Counted from the stretch's first letter, positions 8,325-19,182 are shown. The stretch: DNA of 64,000 nucleotides from Myxococcota bacterium (GCA_965250285.1 OZ252299.1:3552001-3616000); one strand, 5' to 3'. Program-made: numbers and translations. The notes: generated by a model from the letters alone, not told the origin.

Positions 8325-10697
8325 GTGAATCGCGAGCGCTTCTCCACCGAGCCGGTCTTCGCCCGGCTGGGTGTCGCCCTGGTGGCGCATCCCGTCCGCT
8401 GGCTGGTCGCCAGCCTCGTCGTCACCGGGCTGCTCGCCTCGCAGCTTCCGAAGCTCCACGTCGACACGTCGGTCGAGGGCATTCTGAACCCCGACTCGCC
8501 GGCGATCGGTCAGTACGCGGCGTTCAAGAATCGCTTCGGCAACGACATGATCTTCATGATCCTCGTCGAGACCGAGGACGCGTTCGCGCCGGCCTTCGTC
8601 GACGCGCTGCGACGCTTCCACGCCGCCCTGCGAGACGAGATCGAGACGGTCGACCGAGTCGACTCGCTGGTGAATGCGCGGCGCAGCTACACCGTCGACG
8701 GTGAGCTGCACATCGAGGCGCTCCTCGAGGACGCGCCGCTCGACGACCCCGCCGCCCTCGAAGTGCTGCGCGACTATGCATCCTCGAACACCACCTACCA
8801 GCGCTACCTGATCTCGGACGATCGCCAGCTCGTGAGCGTCATGGTGCGGCTCCTTCCGTTCCAGGTCACCGAAGACGAAGCTGGCCACGCGGTGCAGCGG
8901 CCGCTGCTCGAGGCCGATCTGGCGGTTGCATCGGCAGCCATCGACGAGATCGTCGAGCGGTTCGGTCGGGAGCTTTCCACCGAGGTGCACGTCGCCGGCG
9001 GACCACGCCTGCAGGTCGAGCAGGGCAAGATCTTCCAGGCCGACTTCGGCAATCTGACGACCCTCGCGATCGTCATCATTTCGGCGCTGCTCTACTGGGT
9101 CTTCCGAAGGCTCTCGGGCGTGCTGATCCCGATCACCGTCATGGTCTTCGGGCTCGTGGCGACGTTCAGCGCCATGCCGCTGCTCGGGGCGCCGATGCAG
9201 CTCACGTCCGCGATCCTGCCATGCTTCCTGCTGGCCGTCTGTGTCGGCGACAGCATCCATCTCCTCAATGCGTTCTTCGCGCGCTATGACGCCGGGGGCG
9301 ACAAGGCCGAGGCGCTGCAGAGCGCGCTCGTGCACACCGGGCCAGCGCTCCTGTTCACGACGCTCACGACGGCGGCGGGTCTGCTCACGTTCAGCACCTC
9401 GAACCTCTATCTCGTCGCGAACCTCGGGACCTTCGCGGCGATCGGTTCGGTGGCCGCGCTCGTCTACACCGTGGTGCTCGCGCCCGTTCTGATCGTGCTC
9501 TGCCCGCTGCGTCGCAGCCCCACGCCGAGGCGCGAGTCGACGATCTTTCATCGCTGGGTGGAGGGCTGCGTGCGGGCGGCCGTCGTGGCCCCCCGAGCCA
9601 TCAGCATCGGGGCGCTCGTCGCGTTCCTGGGCTTTTCCGCACTGGCCCTCCAGCTCGGTTTCAGCAACGACACGCTGTCCTGGCTCGATGCGGCGCACCC
9701 GACGCGCGTCGCCATGGCGAAGGCCGAGGATCGGCTGGGGGGGACGATCCCGCTCGAGATCGTGATCGATTCGGGTCAACCGGGGGGCGCCGCCGAACCC
9801 GCGCTGCTGCGGCGCCTCGATGCCTCGCTCGCCGAGTTCGCCGGTTGGCGGGAGGGACCCATCTGGGCGACGAAGACCACCGGGCTGCCCGAGGTGGTGC
9901 GCGAGATCAATCGTGTGCTCAACGACGGAGACGCAGCCCACGATCGCATCCCCGACGACCGTCAGGCCGTGCGGCAGGAGCTTCTTCTGCTCGAGATGGA
10001 CATGCCGGACAACCTCGTCCAATTCACCGACAGCGAGGTTCGCTATCTGCGCGCGTCGGTGATGGTGCCCTGGGGCGATTCGATCTTCATGCAGCCCTTC
10101 AGCGACCGTCTGGCGGATCATTTCGCGACCGAGTACCCGGAGTTCACGGTGACGCTGACGGGCGTGGGTGTCGTGCTGAGCCGCGTGTTCGTCGAGATGC
10201 TGCGCACCACGATTCAGAGCTACGTGATCGCGTTCATCGCGATCGCCGCCTTGCTGGTCCTGCTCATGGGCGATTGGCGCATGGGCCTGGCGAGCCTGCT
10301 GCCGAACCTGCTTCCGATCGCCATCGTCCTCGGCTCGATGCAGCTGCTCGGGGGGGCGCTCGACATGTTCAGCCTGATGGTCGGTTCGATCGCGCTGGGC
10401 ATCACCGTCGACGACACGGTGCACTTCATTCACCACTTCCGCCGAAACCTCGACGTCTTCCCCGACACGGAGGGGGCGGTGAGAGAGACGCTGCGCACGA
10501 CCGGGCGGGCAATGACGATCACGAGCGTCGCGCTCGCCCTGGGCTTCTTGTCGTTCGGGGCGAGCGATCTCCTCAACCTGAGGAGCTTCGGCCTGGTCAC
10601 GACGGCGTGCGTCGTTCTGGCTCTGCTGGCGAACTTCGTCGTCGCGCCGGCTCTGATGGTCTCGCTGCTCGGCCAGGCGAAGCGCGTCAGCGCGTAG
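8325..10697 (+). CDS. MMPL/RND family transporter
   Basis: Two repeats of a TM helix, periplasmic loop and 5 TM helices; AVCVGDSIH and GITVDDTVHF motifs. GTG start after GGGAG; the ORF extension from 7860 overlaps the upstream gene. Confidence 0.92.
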   Translation: MNRERFSTEPVFARLGVALVAHPVRWLVASLVVTGLLASQLPKLHVDTSVEGILNPDSPAIGQYAAFKNRFGNDMIFMILVETEDAFAPAFVDALRRFHAALRDEIETVDRVDSLVNARRSYTVDGELHIEALLEDAPLDDPAALEVLRDYASSNTTYQRYLISDDRQLVSVMVRLLPFQVTEDEAGHAVQRPLLEADLAVASAAIDEIVERFGRELSTEVHVAGGPRLQVEQGKIFQADFGNLTTLAIVIISALLYWVFRRLSGVLIPITVMVFGLVATFSAMPLLGAPMQLTSAILPCFLLAVCVGDSIHLLNAFFARYDAGGDKAEALQSALVHTGPALLFTTLTTAAGLLTFSTSNLYLVANLGTFAAIGSVAALVYTVVLAPVLIVLCPLRRSPTPRRESTIFHRWVEGCVRAAVVAPRAISIGALVAFLGFSALALQLGFSNDTLSWLDAAHPTRVAMAKAEDRLGGTIPLEIVIDSGQPGGAAEPALLRRLDASLAEFAGWREGPIWATKTTGLPEVVREINRVLNDGDAAHDRIPDDRQAVRQELLLLEMDMPDNLVQFTDSEVRYLRASVMVPWGDSIFMQPFSDRLADHFATEYPEFTVTLTGVGVVLSRVFVEMLRTTIQSYVIAFIAIAALLVLLMGDWRMGLASLLPNLLPIAIVLGSMQLLGGALDMFSLMVGSIALGITVDDTVHFIHHFRRNLDVFPDTEGAVRETLRTTGRAMTITSVALALGFLSFGASDLLNLRSFGLVTTACVVLALLANFVVAPALMVSLLGQAKRVSA

Positions 10698-10716
10698 CGC
10701 GTCAGCGCGTAGCGCG
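10681..10716. repeat. 15-bp tandem duplication (AGCGCGTCAGCGCGT x2 + AGCGCG) at the junction of two convergent genes
   Basis: Read directly from sequence; contains the TAG of the MMPL gene (10695-10697) and the minus-strand TGA of the oxidase (10702-10704). Confidence 0.9.
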
Positions 10717-12483
10717 CGGCTTCTGCGGAATCTCGAAGAAAGCGCGCAGATAGTCGTTCAGGAAGACGCCGTCCGGGTCGACGTCGTCGCGCACGGCGAG
10801 GAACCGGCTCCACGTGTCGGCGTCGCGGTACTGCTGGCGCAGATAGCTCCGCATGCCGCCTTCGGGAAAGTCGGGATGCGGCCATTCCTGACACGGCTTG
10901 GCCTGGTGGCATCGCACCTGGCGCCCCAACGCCTTGTGAGACGTCGTCATGACCTCGTTTGCGCGCTGTGCGAATGCCTCCCAAGCGGGGTGGCCGGCTG
11001 AGGTCACGAGCTCGGGGGCGGCGTAGCGAATCTCGTCGCGGCCCTCGGCGGATTGATAGGCCGGGCTCATGAGGGCCGGGCTCGCCGCGAGCGTGCGCAT
11101 CTCGACCGCGCTCGCGATGGGATTCGATCGCGGGTCGAGCGGCGAATAGCGGTCGAACGCATCCACGACGAGGTCATGGAGCTGGGCGAACGACTGCCGC
11201 ACGCGCTCCCAGCCTTCGCGGTCGTCGAGCGGGGCGCTCGGGCGGAAGGGCACGCTCCATTCGCTCGCCATGGCCGGCATGTACTCGACGCCGGCCGCGT
11301 TCACGAAGTGATTCGCGTCGTACTGGGGCATGACGAAGCGACCTGAGCGCGCGCGCACCCAGAGGTTCGTGAAGCAGCTGAAGTAGGTGAGAATGACCGA
11401 GGCACGGGGAAAGCGTCGGGCGGTTCGAAAGACGAGGCCGCCCGTGAGCATGCTGGCGAAGTCGATGACCTGGAGGTGCAGGAACCGGGTCAGTCGACCG
11501 CGCGGGACAGCATCCGCAGGCACGTCGCGCTTCGTCGCCAGCACCCAGAACTCGGTGTTGATCGTCGGCTTCGAGAGAAAGGGCAGACCGCTGAAGCAGA
11601 AGGGCCACCAGAAGACTTCGACCGAGGTGTGCTCCTCGTGTAGCCGGCGCAGGTTCTCGCGCGCTTCGTCGGTGTCGGCGAAGTAGTCCTCGTACCGGTA
11701 GGTCTGGGCGATGTGGAGCGCCTCGTAGCGCGGCTCGACCTCGAAGGTGATGTCGTAGATCAGACCGAGGCAGCCGAGGCTGCACTGAATCGCCGCGAGC
11801 TCGTCTTCGGAGGCGGTGTCACGGTTCCAGCGCCGCACCTCGCCGAGGCCGTCGACGAAGGTCATGCCCACGACCATGTCGGACACCGACCCGATGTCGA
11901 TCCCCGCGCCATGGGTCGCGGTGGCGGCCATGCCGCCGAGCGTGAAGCAATCCTCGAACGCGCTCGCCGGCATCGAGTAGCCCTGCTCCCAGAGCCAGCC
12001 CTCGAACTCGGAGGAGAGCAGGCCCGGGGGCACAGTGGCCAGCGCCTTGCCGCCGGGCTCCCGCGGCGGCTCGAGTCGCAGGTTGAACCAGCCGCCCGTC
12101 GAGTTGATCAGGCGGTTATCGACGACGTAGCCGTCGTCATTCGGCACGAGCGAGGCCCACGAATGCGACGACCCGAAGACGCGAACCGACACGCCCTCGC
12201 GTCGCGCGTCGCGCACGATCTGCTGGAGGTCTTCGAGAGAGCGAGGCGAAGGCCACGGGCCACGGGAGTCGTCGCAGTAGAGGCGACGCGGCTCGCTCGT
12301 GAGCTCTTCGCTCCAGTTGTGCCAACCACGGCGGGTCACCCGAATCGTCGAGTGGACCCACGGCAACCCGCGGCGGCGCGCCCGGATGCCCCGCCTGCGC
12401 TCACGGCGTTCGGCTGAGTGGATGTAGCTGGCTGCGAGTCCGATGATCGCAGCGGCCAGAAGAACAAAGACGAGGTATGACAC
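10702..12483 (-). CDS. FAD-linked oxidase, aldonolactone oxidase (ALO/GULO)-like, with N-terminal membrane anchor
   Basis: WHNWS, VRVFGSSHSW, TLGGMAATATHG, SLGCLGLI, VEMR and DPDGVFLNDY motifs. GTG start at 12483 precedes a hydrophobic helix (start uncertain). Confidence 0.85.
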   Translation of the reverse strand: MSYLVFVLLAAAIIGLAASYIHSAERRERRRGIRARRRGLPWVHSTIRVTRRGWHNWSEELTSEPRRLYCDDSRGPWPSPRSLEDLQQIVRDARREGVSVRVFGSSHSWASLVPNDDGYVVDNRLINSTGGWFNLRLEPPREPGGKALATVPPGLLSSEFEGWLWEQGYSMPASAFEDCFTLGGMAATATHGAGIDIGSVSDMVVGMTFVDGLGEVRRWNRDTASEDELAAIQCSLGCLGLIYDITFEVEPRYEALHIAQTYRYEDYFADTDEARENLRRLHEEHTSVEVFWWPFCFSGLPFLSKPTINTEFWVLATKRDVPADAVPRGRLTRFLHLQVIDFASMLTGGLVFRTARRFPRASVILTYFSCFTNLWVRARSGRFVMPQYDANHFVNAAGVEYMPAMASEWSVPFRPSAPLDDREGWERVRQSFAQLHDLVVDAFDRYSPLDPRSNPIASAVEMRTLAASPALMSPAYQSAEGRDEIRYAAPELVTSAGHPAWEAFAQRANEVMTTSHKALGRQVRCHQAKPCQEWPHPDFPEGGMRSYLRQQYRDADTWSRFLAVRDDVDPDGVFLNDYLRAFFEIPQKPRATR

Positions 12484-13424
12484 GTGCTCAGGCTCGCTCC
12501 CTGGATGTTGCCGGCATACACACACACGGTGATTCATTGCCGATTTCAAGAGAACTCCGTCGACCAATACCGCGCTGTGTTTGTGATAGGTGGCAAGGCG
12601 TCCCGGCTTGGCGGCCGATGCGAACGCGCCCATCTCTCACGGTCGTCGAGTGCTTCGAGGTGCGGCCGCCGTGCGAAGGCATCGGCCATCGCGCTGTTCG
12701 AGGCCGATCGTGCTGCGGACCGGTACACGCGAGCGCGAGCGCGCCGCAAAGGTGAGCGCTGCTGCGTTGCTTCGCGTTTGCCGAGGGCTCCGGCTCGACG
12801 CGTGGCCGGTCGATCGACACACCCGCGACGGTGAACGGGCTGACATGCGCGACCGCGCGAAGGCAACCGAGCCGATACCTGAGCAACGTCAGGCCCAGCA
12901 GGGGGCCGAACCCCGTCAGACCCCTGCTCGACATCGTTCGGTGTGATTGGTCCTCCGGTAGACAACGTGGGTTGAAACTCCGACCCAAGGCGGCCGGATC
13001 AAAGCGTGTCCAGCTGATCCCCCGAACGTGCAGCCGAGATCGCGCACTCGTTCCCCAGCTGCCGAGGGCCAGGGCGAGGCCAAGCAGGAGGTGACACGCG
13101 GCGGCGGGGCTCGGGAAGGTTCGGGTCGACTCGCGCATCGAGGCTCATCCTGGCTGCGACGCATGCGGCTGGAAGCCGGCTCGGTGACGAGCGGCGCCTG
13201 ACGCTCGACGCCTCCGCCCGAATGCGATGGAACGGAGAGCGATGCGATCCTACGACCACATCGCCGGCGTTTCGTGACCGAAGGGGGGATCACACGGCGT
13301 CTGCACGAAATTCGCACGAATCCGATGCGAGGATCCCGCCCGCGTGAGGCGAGCCGCCCGAGGCGACGCGCTGCGGCGGGGGCGCTGGGCCGGACTCAGC
13401 GCACGGCGACGTGCGCGCGGTGCG

Positions 13425-16331
13425 TCACTCGGCCAGGGCGGCGTGCGCCTCGGTGACGAGCGGAACGTCTTGACCGTCGATGTCCGCGAGCAGCCGGTCG
13501 AGCTCGGCCCGAGCGTGACGTCGCTGCTTCGCGGTCTGGGCGAGTCGCGCCAGCCCCACCGCGGCCCCCAGCCCCTGGGTCGGTGCGCCGATCGCCGACG
13601 CGACGGCGATCCCCTTGCCGTAGGCGGCCTCGGCCTCGCGTCGCTGGTGCGCCGCCTCGGTTCCCGGCCGTGCCAGCAGCAGATCCCCATGCACCTGGTG
13701 GAGCGCGGGCTCGCTCCCTCGCTCGCCCGAAGACGCGGCGATCGCGAGCCCCGCCGCGACGGCCGCGAGCCCCGCCTCGACGTCCCCGTTGAGCGCGTGC
13801 GTCTCGGCGAGCATCGCCTGCCAGAGCGGCATCCCCATCTGCGCGCCGGCCCCCTCGAGCAGGGCGATCCCCTGGCTCGCCTGTTGGGCGCCCGCCGCAG
13901 CGTCGCCCTGCTGCGCGGCGATCCACCCCTGCACGATCAGGGTCGCGGGCACGAAGAAGGGGAAGCCCTTTTCGATGCTCATCGAGAGGCAATGGTCCGC
14001 GGCCGCCTTCGCGCCGTCGACATCGCGAAAGAGCTGGCGGAGCGTCATCGCGTAGTAGCTCGCATGCACCTCGCTCGGCAGGTGCTCATGATGTCGGGCC
14101 AGCTCGATCGCGCGGGCCTCCCACTCGAGCGCCCTGCCGAGTTGGCCGAGCGCACCGAAGACGAGGCTGCCGCAGCCCAGGGCGTTGACGCCGTGGTCGG
14201 TCACCACGGCTTGCATGGACGGGCCGTGCAGGGTCGGGTCGTACGCCTCGATGCACGTCTCGACGAGTTGTCCGGCTCTCTGCGGCTGACCGATCGAAAG
14301 GTTCGAGATCGAAAGACAGAGCGTCGCCACGACCCGATCGAGGGCATCGCCCGTGGCGCCGGCGAACTCGACCTGCTGCGTGGCGATTCGAATCGCCTCG
14401 GCGTGATCGCCGCGCAGCTCGTAGTACGAATGCAGTCCATTCAACACCGTCTGCGCTTCGGGCGCGAAGGCGTGAAGCTCGCCCGAGAGCTCGGCTGCAC
14501 GCTCGTAGACCCGGTGGACCTCCGCGTCGACGTACCCGACCGTGAGCGACAACGCGCGGCCGAGGCGCGCGAGCAGCGAACACTCACGCTGGGTGCGGTT
14601 CTCGTCGTTCTCGAGCCGTCGAAGCAACGACAGCGCGTGGCGAAACTGCTCGATCGCTGCCTCGTGCTCGCTGCGCTGCATCGATTGCTCGCCGGTTCGC
14701 TCGAGGTACATGACCGCGCGTTCGAAGTCGCCGCCGCGCTCGAAGTGCATCGCGAGCGCGGCGGCGATGGGAGACGCATCGCCGGCGTGCAGCGCTTCGA
14801 GGTGGGAGCCCAGCGCCAGGTGAAGCCGCTCCCTCCGCGGCGCCGACAGCCGGTCGTAGAGGAACTCCTGGTAGATCGAGTGCACGAAGTTCCGGTTCGC
14901 GCCATCGACTTCGACGATGCCGTGCTCGCGGGCGACGCGGAGCAAGGCTGCGTCGAAGTCGGCCTGATCGGCGTCGAACGCAGCGAGGCTCGTGGCCGAG
15001 AAAGCGAGGCCCGCGACGCTCGCCGTCTCGAGCACGTGCTGGTCTTCGCGCGTCAACTGCCCCAGCTGGAACTCGACCATCTGGCGCACGCCCAGGGGCA
15101 TCTCCTGGCGCGCGTAGTCGCGGGCGAGCCGCCAGCCTTCGGGGGAGCGCTCGAGGCTCCCGTTTCGGACCATCTCAGAGACCTGGCTCACCATGATCAA
15201 TGGGTTGCCTTCGCTTCGCGAGTAGACGAAGCGAGACAGGTGCGCCGGGACGTCGAAGTCGTCGAGCCGCGTCCCGAGGTAGTCGCCGACCTCCTGCTCG
15301 CTCAAGAGCTGTAGCGGCAGGTCGGTGCACAGATCGTGGAGTGCGAGCTCCGCACGGAGGGACACCAGCTGTGCGAGATCTTTGCGGGCGCCGCTCGCCG
15401 CGACGGGCCGATGCGTCCCGATGATCATGAGCCGCGCGGGCTCGGTGCGCCGAGCCAGCACGTCGATCGCGTTGAGGGTCGCGGCATCGCTCCAGTGCAG
15501 ATCCTCGAGCAGGATCACCAGCGGCCACTCGGCACTCAGGGCCTCGAGGGCGCGCGAGAGCTCGAGCAGCATCCGATCGCGATCGACGCGAATCACGCTC
15601 GCGCGCACCCGCTGCAGGTCGGCGGGCTTGAGCAAGCCGGGCATCTCGACTAGCCAGGTCGGAGCGAAGCGCTCGAGCAGCTCGACGGCTCGGTCCCCGC
15701 CTGGCTGCTCGCAGAGCCGCTGCAGTGCCTCGAGGATCGTCAGGTACGAATCGAACGCACCGGGCCCGTGAGTGCACTGGCCGTGGGTCACGCGAACCCC
15801 CGCGTCCGTGGCCGCCTCGCCGAGGAACGCCTGAGTCAGGGTGGTCTTGCCGATGCCCGGCTCTCCCGAGACGAAGAGCACCTGCCGCCTTCCGCTTCGG
15901 GCGACATCGAGCGCCGAGCGCAGCCGATCGAGATCCTCGTCGCGACCGACGAGTGCGGCCTGCGAAGCGGTCCTCGGGCCTGGGCGAGACAGTGTCGGCT
16001 CCAACCCTTCCGCCTGCTCGACCTCGGCGATGAAGCGATAGCCCCTCCCGTGAACCGTCTCGACGAAGCGCGGAGCGCGCCCATCGTCGGAGAGGGCGCG
16101 CCGCAGCTCGCGCAGCGTGCTGCGGAGGGTGTCGGGGCTGATGCGGGTGTCGAGCCAGACGCGGTCGAGCAGCTCCTCTTTCGAGACCAGCTGACCCGGG
16201 TGCGAGAGCAAGAAACCGAGCATCGCGCTCGTGCGCGCGGTGAGCGGCACCTCTTCGTCGCCGCGCCACAGCCGCTCGCCGTCGCGGTCGTAGCGAAAAC
16301 CTTCGAAGTGGATGAGACGGGCTCGGGACAT
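13425..16331 (-). CDS. OmpR-type winged-helix / AAA (STAND-like) ATPase / TPR transcriptional regulator
   Basis: N-terminal wHTH (LVSKEELLDRVW...ELRRAL...FVETVHGRGYRF); LVGR, Walker A GEPGIGKT, Walker B LLEDLHW, SEGNPL; helical repeat C-terminus. Confidence 0.92.
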   Translation of the reverse strand: MSRARLIHFEGFRYDRDGERLWRGDEEVPLTARTSAMLGFLLSHPGQLVSKEELLDRVWLDTRISPDTLRSTLRELRRALSDDGRAPRFVETVHGRGYRFIAEVEQAEGLEPTLSRPGPRTASQAALVGRDEDLDRLRSALDVARSGRRQVLFVSGEPGIGKTTLTQAFLGEAATDAGVRVTHGQCTHGPGAFDSYLTILEALQRLCEQPGGDRAVELLERFAPTWLVEMPGLLKPADLQRVRASVIRVDRDRMLLELSRALEALSAEWPLVILLEDLHWSDAATLNAIDVLARRTEPARLMIIGTHRPVAASGARKDLAQLVSLRAELALHDLCTDLPLQLLSEQEVGDYLGTRLDDFDVPAHLSRFVYSRSEGNPLIMVSQVSEMVRNGSLERSPEGWRLARDYARQEMPLGVRQMVEFQLGQLTREDQHVLETASVAGLAFSATSLAAFDADQADFDAALLRVAREHGIVEVDGANRNFVHSIYQEFLYDRLSAPRRERLHLALGSHLEALHAGDASPIAAALAMHFERGGDFERAVMYLERTGEQSMQRSEHEAAIEQFRHALSLLRRLENDENRTQRECSLLARLGRALSLTVGYVDAEVHRVYERAAELSGELHAFAPEAQTVLNGLHSYYELRGDHAEAIRIATQQVEFAGATGDALDRVVATLCLSISNLSIGQPQRAGQLVETCIEAYDPTLHGPSMQAVVTDHGVNALGCGSLVFGALGQLGRALEWEARAIELARHHEHLPSEVHASYYAMTLRQLFRDVDGAKAAADHCLSMSIEKGFPFFVPATLIVQGWIAAQQGDAAAGAQQASQGIALLEGAGAQMGMPLWQAMLAETHALNGDVEAGLAAVAAGLAIAASSGERGSEPALHQVHGDLLLARPGTEAAHQRREAEAAYGKGIAVASAIGAPTQGLGAAVGLARLAQTAKQRRHARAELDRLLADIDGQDVPLVTEAHAALAE

Positions 16332-16953
16332 CTCGCTGGAGCGCTACCGGAGGCGTCGCGTGCCGTTGTCGGTGTCGGGGCGCTCGCGCATCGCGATCAT
16401 TCTCTCATGGCTCGCGAGGGCAGACAAGGTCGACGACACGCCCGGAGGACGGGCCGCCGCAGCAGCGTCGGCGTCGGCCTTCGATCGACACGCGGGGCTT
16501 CGTCTGCGTCACCGTCCGCGCTGCGCTGGTGCGCATCGAGACTCGTCGCGCATCATGGCTTCCTGAGGACGCTTCGAGCTGCGGCTTGAATCGAGCTGCA
16601 CCGTAGCCCGCCAGTGAACGGCTCTCGCGCGTTTCCGGGTCGCACGCTGACCCGGGCTCTTCAGAATCGACACGGCGTACCTCGGACGAGTGTCCCGCGC
16701 CCATTCGGCCGGAACTCAGGGTCGGAGATCGGTGTGCGACACCCGAGTGCGTGCCGTTCTCTGCACGGCCAGCGACTCGGCTCGCCTCCCCCGCTCCGTC
16801 CCGCGAAATGCCGCCACCTACGACCTGAGTCGCCGTTTGATCGAGGGCTTGCCTGAGGCTTCGAACCGGAGGGTCGCGGCTTCGGTCGCCGAGCCCAAGG
16901 CGAAGCACGTCGGCAGGCGATCACGCAGTCGCATCGGAGCACCGCGAGGGCCT

Positions 16954-17562
16954 TCAGCGCTCGTCGGTGTACGGCCTGAGCAGGGCCTCCATGCTGCGCA
17001 CCCCTTCGCGGATGAAGGCTTCCTTCTTCTTGGCCGATCGAGAGCTGAGCCAGCCGCGGTACGTCGCCTGCACGACGGCGTACTGGAACTCAGCGAGGAT
17101 GGCGGGCTGCGCAGGCAGTGCACGCGGGTCGCCGGTCGAAGCTCGAATCGTCGCTTCGATGGCCGGAACGATGAGCTCGGGCAGCGTCGGGATGCCGTGT
17201 TCCTGCAGCAGGGGCGCGCTGGAGTCGACGAGGGCGAAGAAGCGACGGTCTCGATCCGCGAAAGCGATGAGGGCGCGGACGATCTGCTCTGCCTGCGGAC
17301 GGCCCTGATCGCGAGGCGCGAACTCGGCGATCGCATCGCGGGCATACGACTCGGTGAGCGCCCGAAAGATCCCGAACTTCGAACCGAACTGGTGGTAGAG
17401 GATCCCCTCCGATACACCGGAGCGCTGAACGATCTGCTTCGTGGTCGTCTTCTCGAACCCGTTGGCAACAAAGAGCTCGCGGGCGGCCTTCAGGAGGCGC
17501 TCGCGCTTCTCTTTCGGGTCACGGCGACGCGGCGCGTCCTTCAGGGTGTGAGCGGCGCTCAA
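16954..17562 (-). CDS. TetR/AcrR family transcriptional regulator
   Basis: KRERLLKAARELFVANGFEKTTTKQIVQRSGVSEGILYHQFGSK HTH; start may be GTG ~17550. Confidence 0.92.
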   Translation of the reverse strand: MSAAHTLKDAPRRRDPKEKRERLLKAARELFVANGFEKTTTKQIVQRSGVSEGILYHQFGSKFGIFRALTESYARDAIAEFAPRDQGRPQAEQIVRALIAFADRDRRFFALVDSSAPLLQEHGIPTLPELIVPAIEATIRASTGDPRALPAQPAILAEFQYAVVQATYRGWLSSRSAKKKEAFIREGVRSMEALLRPYTDER

Positions 17563-17594
17563 GCCTCTGCCTCCACGTTCGGCGAATCAGCGCG

Positions 17595-18920
17595 TCAGAT
17601 CTCGTCTGCGATCCAGCTGCCGTGGAAGCCGAACGGCACGCGAACGCCCAGCTCGACCCGTGCGATCGGCCCCTTCTCGGGCTCGCGCGCATCGAGAACG
17701 ACGAAGTCGCTGGTGTTCTTGCCTTCGTCGTACGTGTAGAAGAGGAGGTATCCGTCGTCTTCGGAAGCCGCGTTCTCGCGCGGCGCGAACACGGGCTCGC
17801 CACAGGACTCGCCACCTGCGAGCCGGAACTCGGTCATCTTCTCGGCTTCGAAGTCGTACTTGACGATACCGCGCCCTGCCGGCACGTCGTCTCGCATGTG
17901 CACCATGTAGCCATACTGGTGCTTCTGCCCCACGAGCGAATCGGGAACACGCGGGAACTCGACGGGCACCTCCATCAACCGCTTCTCATCGACGGTGCCG
18001 GCCGCCGTGTCGATCGTCCAGCGGGTCAAGAGCGTCGGGACGGGCGGGACGTCGGGCTTCATGAAGTGATCGAATCGACAGGTGTCGATCACGATCTGGT
18101 CGCCGTCTTCGAACGCGTTGACCGGGTGGAAGAGGTAGCAGGGGTCGATCTCGTACCAGACGACATCTGCGTTCGAGCCGTCGCGGGGCATGACGCCGAG
18201 GCGTGCTCCGTATTCATCACTCCATGCGAGGGGGATCCCGCCGTCGGCCGCCTTCGAGAGGTCGAACATCACCGGCAGATCCATGAAGATCACGTGGTTC
18301 TCGGTGATGTTGAAGTCGTGCACCATCGTTGCGGCGCCGACTTCGATGACTTCGGACTGAACGAGTTCGCCTTGCGCGCTGACGCGGTGGTAGGTCAGGT
18401 AGGGGGGCACGAGGCCGTAGGCAAAGAAGAGCAGCTCGCCCGTCTTGGCGCAGATCTTCGGGTGTGCGGTCATGCCCGTTGCGAGCTGGCCGCCGAAATC
18501 GTAGGCGCCGACCGTCTCGAGTTCGGGCGTCATCTCGAACGGATAGTGGAGCTCTTCGAGAGCCAGGATCTTGCCTGCGTGCCCGATGACGTGCGTGTTG
18601 CCGAGCCCGTTCTCGAGGCTCTCCATCGCCTTGGCGAAGTAGTTCTCGCCCTCGGGTCGACCGAGCATCGGCGTCTGGATCAGCTTGCTCTTGAACCAAT
18701 TGGCCTTGCCGCCAGCGAGCTCGATGCCGTGGATCATGCCGTCGCCGAGAAACCAGTGCTCCGACGGCCCCGACATGGGATTCGGTCCGGTGCGGAGGTA
18801 TCGCCCGCAGAGGTCGTCGGGCAGGCGCCCCACGACCTCGAGCGACGACGTCGAAACCTCATCGGGCGTCGGTGCGAAGTTGTCTCTCAGCCAAAACGGA
18901 GCATGGATGGCATCGCTCAT
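17595..18920 (-). CDS. Carotenoid oxygenase / lignostilbene dioxygenase (RPE65) family protein
   Basis: [20 protein letters not shown], and four Fe-binding His motifs ([27 protein letters not shown]). Confidence 0.95.
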   Translation of the reverse strand: MSDAIHAPFWLRDNFAPTPDEVSTSSLEVVGRLPDDLCGRYLRTGPNPMSGPSEHWFLGDGMIHGIELAGGKANWFKSKLIQTPMLGRPEGENYFAKAMESLENGLGNTHVIGHAGKILALEELHYPFEMTPELETVGAYDFGGQLATGMTAHPKICAKTGELLFFAYGLVPPYLTYHRVSAQGELVQSEVIEVGAATMVHDFNITENHVIFMDLPVMFDLSKAADGGIPLAWSDEYGARLGVMPRDGSNADVVWYEIDPCYLFHPVNAFEDGDQIVIDTCRFDHFMKPDVPPVPTLLTRWTIDTAAGTVDEKRLMEVPVEFPRVPDSLVGQKHQYGYMVHMRDDVPAGRGIVKYDFEAEKMTEFRLAGGESCGEPVFAPRENAASEDDGYLLFYTYDEGKNTSDFVVLDAREPEKGPIARVELGVRVPFGFHGSWIADEI

Positions 18921-18969
18921 GGGTCTCTCCTCGAGGCCTTCGTGGGCGGGGTGCAGGATCGCGCGCCCG

Positions 18970-19009
18970 TATGGAGCGAGACTTTATAGAGTGCCGCTCC
19001 ATAAGTCAA
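18970..19009 (-). promoter_or_regulatory. Sigma70 promoter of the carotenoid oxygenase-TetR operon embedded in a 34-bp palindromic operator
   Basis: Minus strand TTGACT-17 bp-TAAAGT; palindrome TATGGAGCGAGACTTTA|TAGAGTGCCGCTCCATA (14/17 arms). Confidence 0.75.
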
Positions 19010-19182
19010 CTCGCCGCTCCGGTGCCGGACCGAAGCCCGAAACGCGACCGATCCCACCAAGCTGTTCGCCGAGGCCCGCGGCCCGACTGGGGATTTCGCC
19101 CTCCCCCGCATCGAGGTTTGCGGCCGGCCTCGCGATCGGCCAATATGAGAACGATCGATCTCAGAAAAAGACGGGAGACAGC

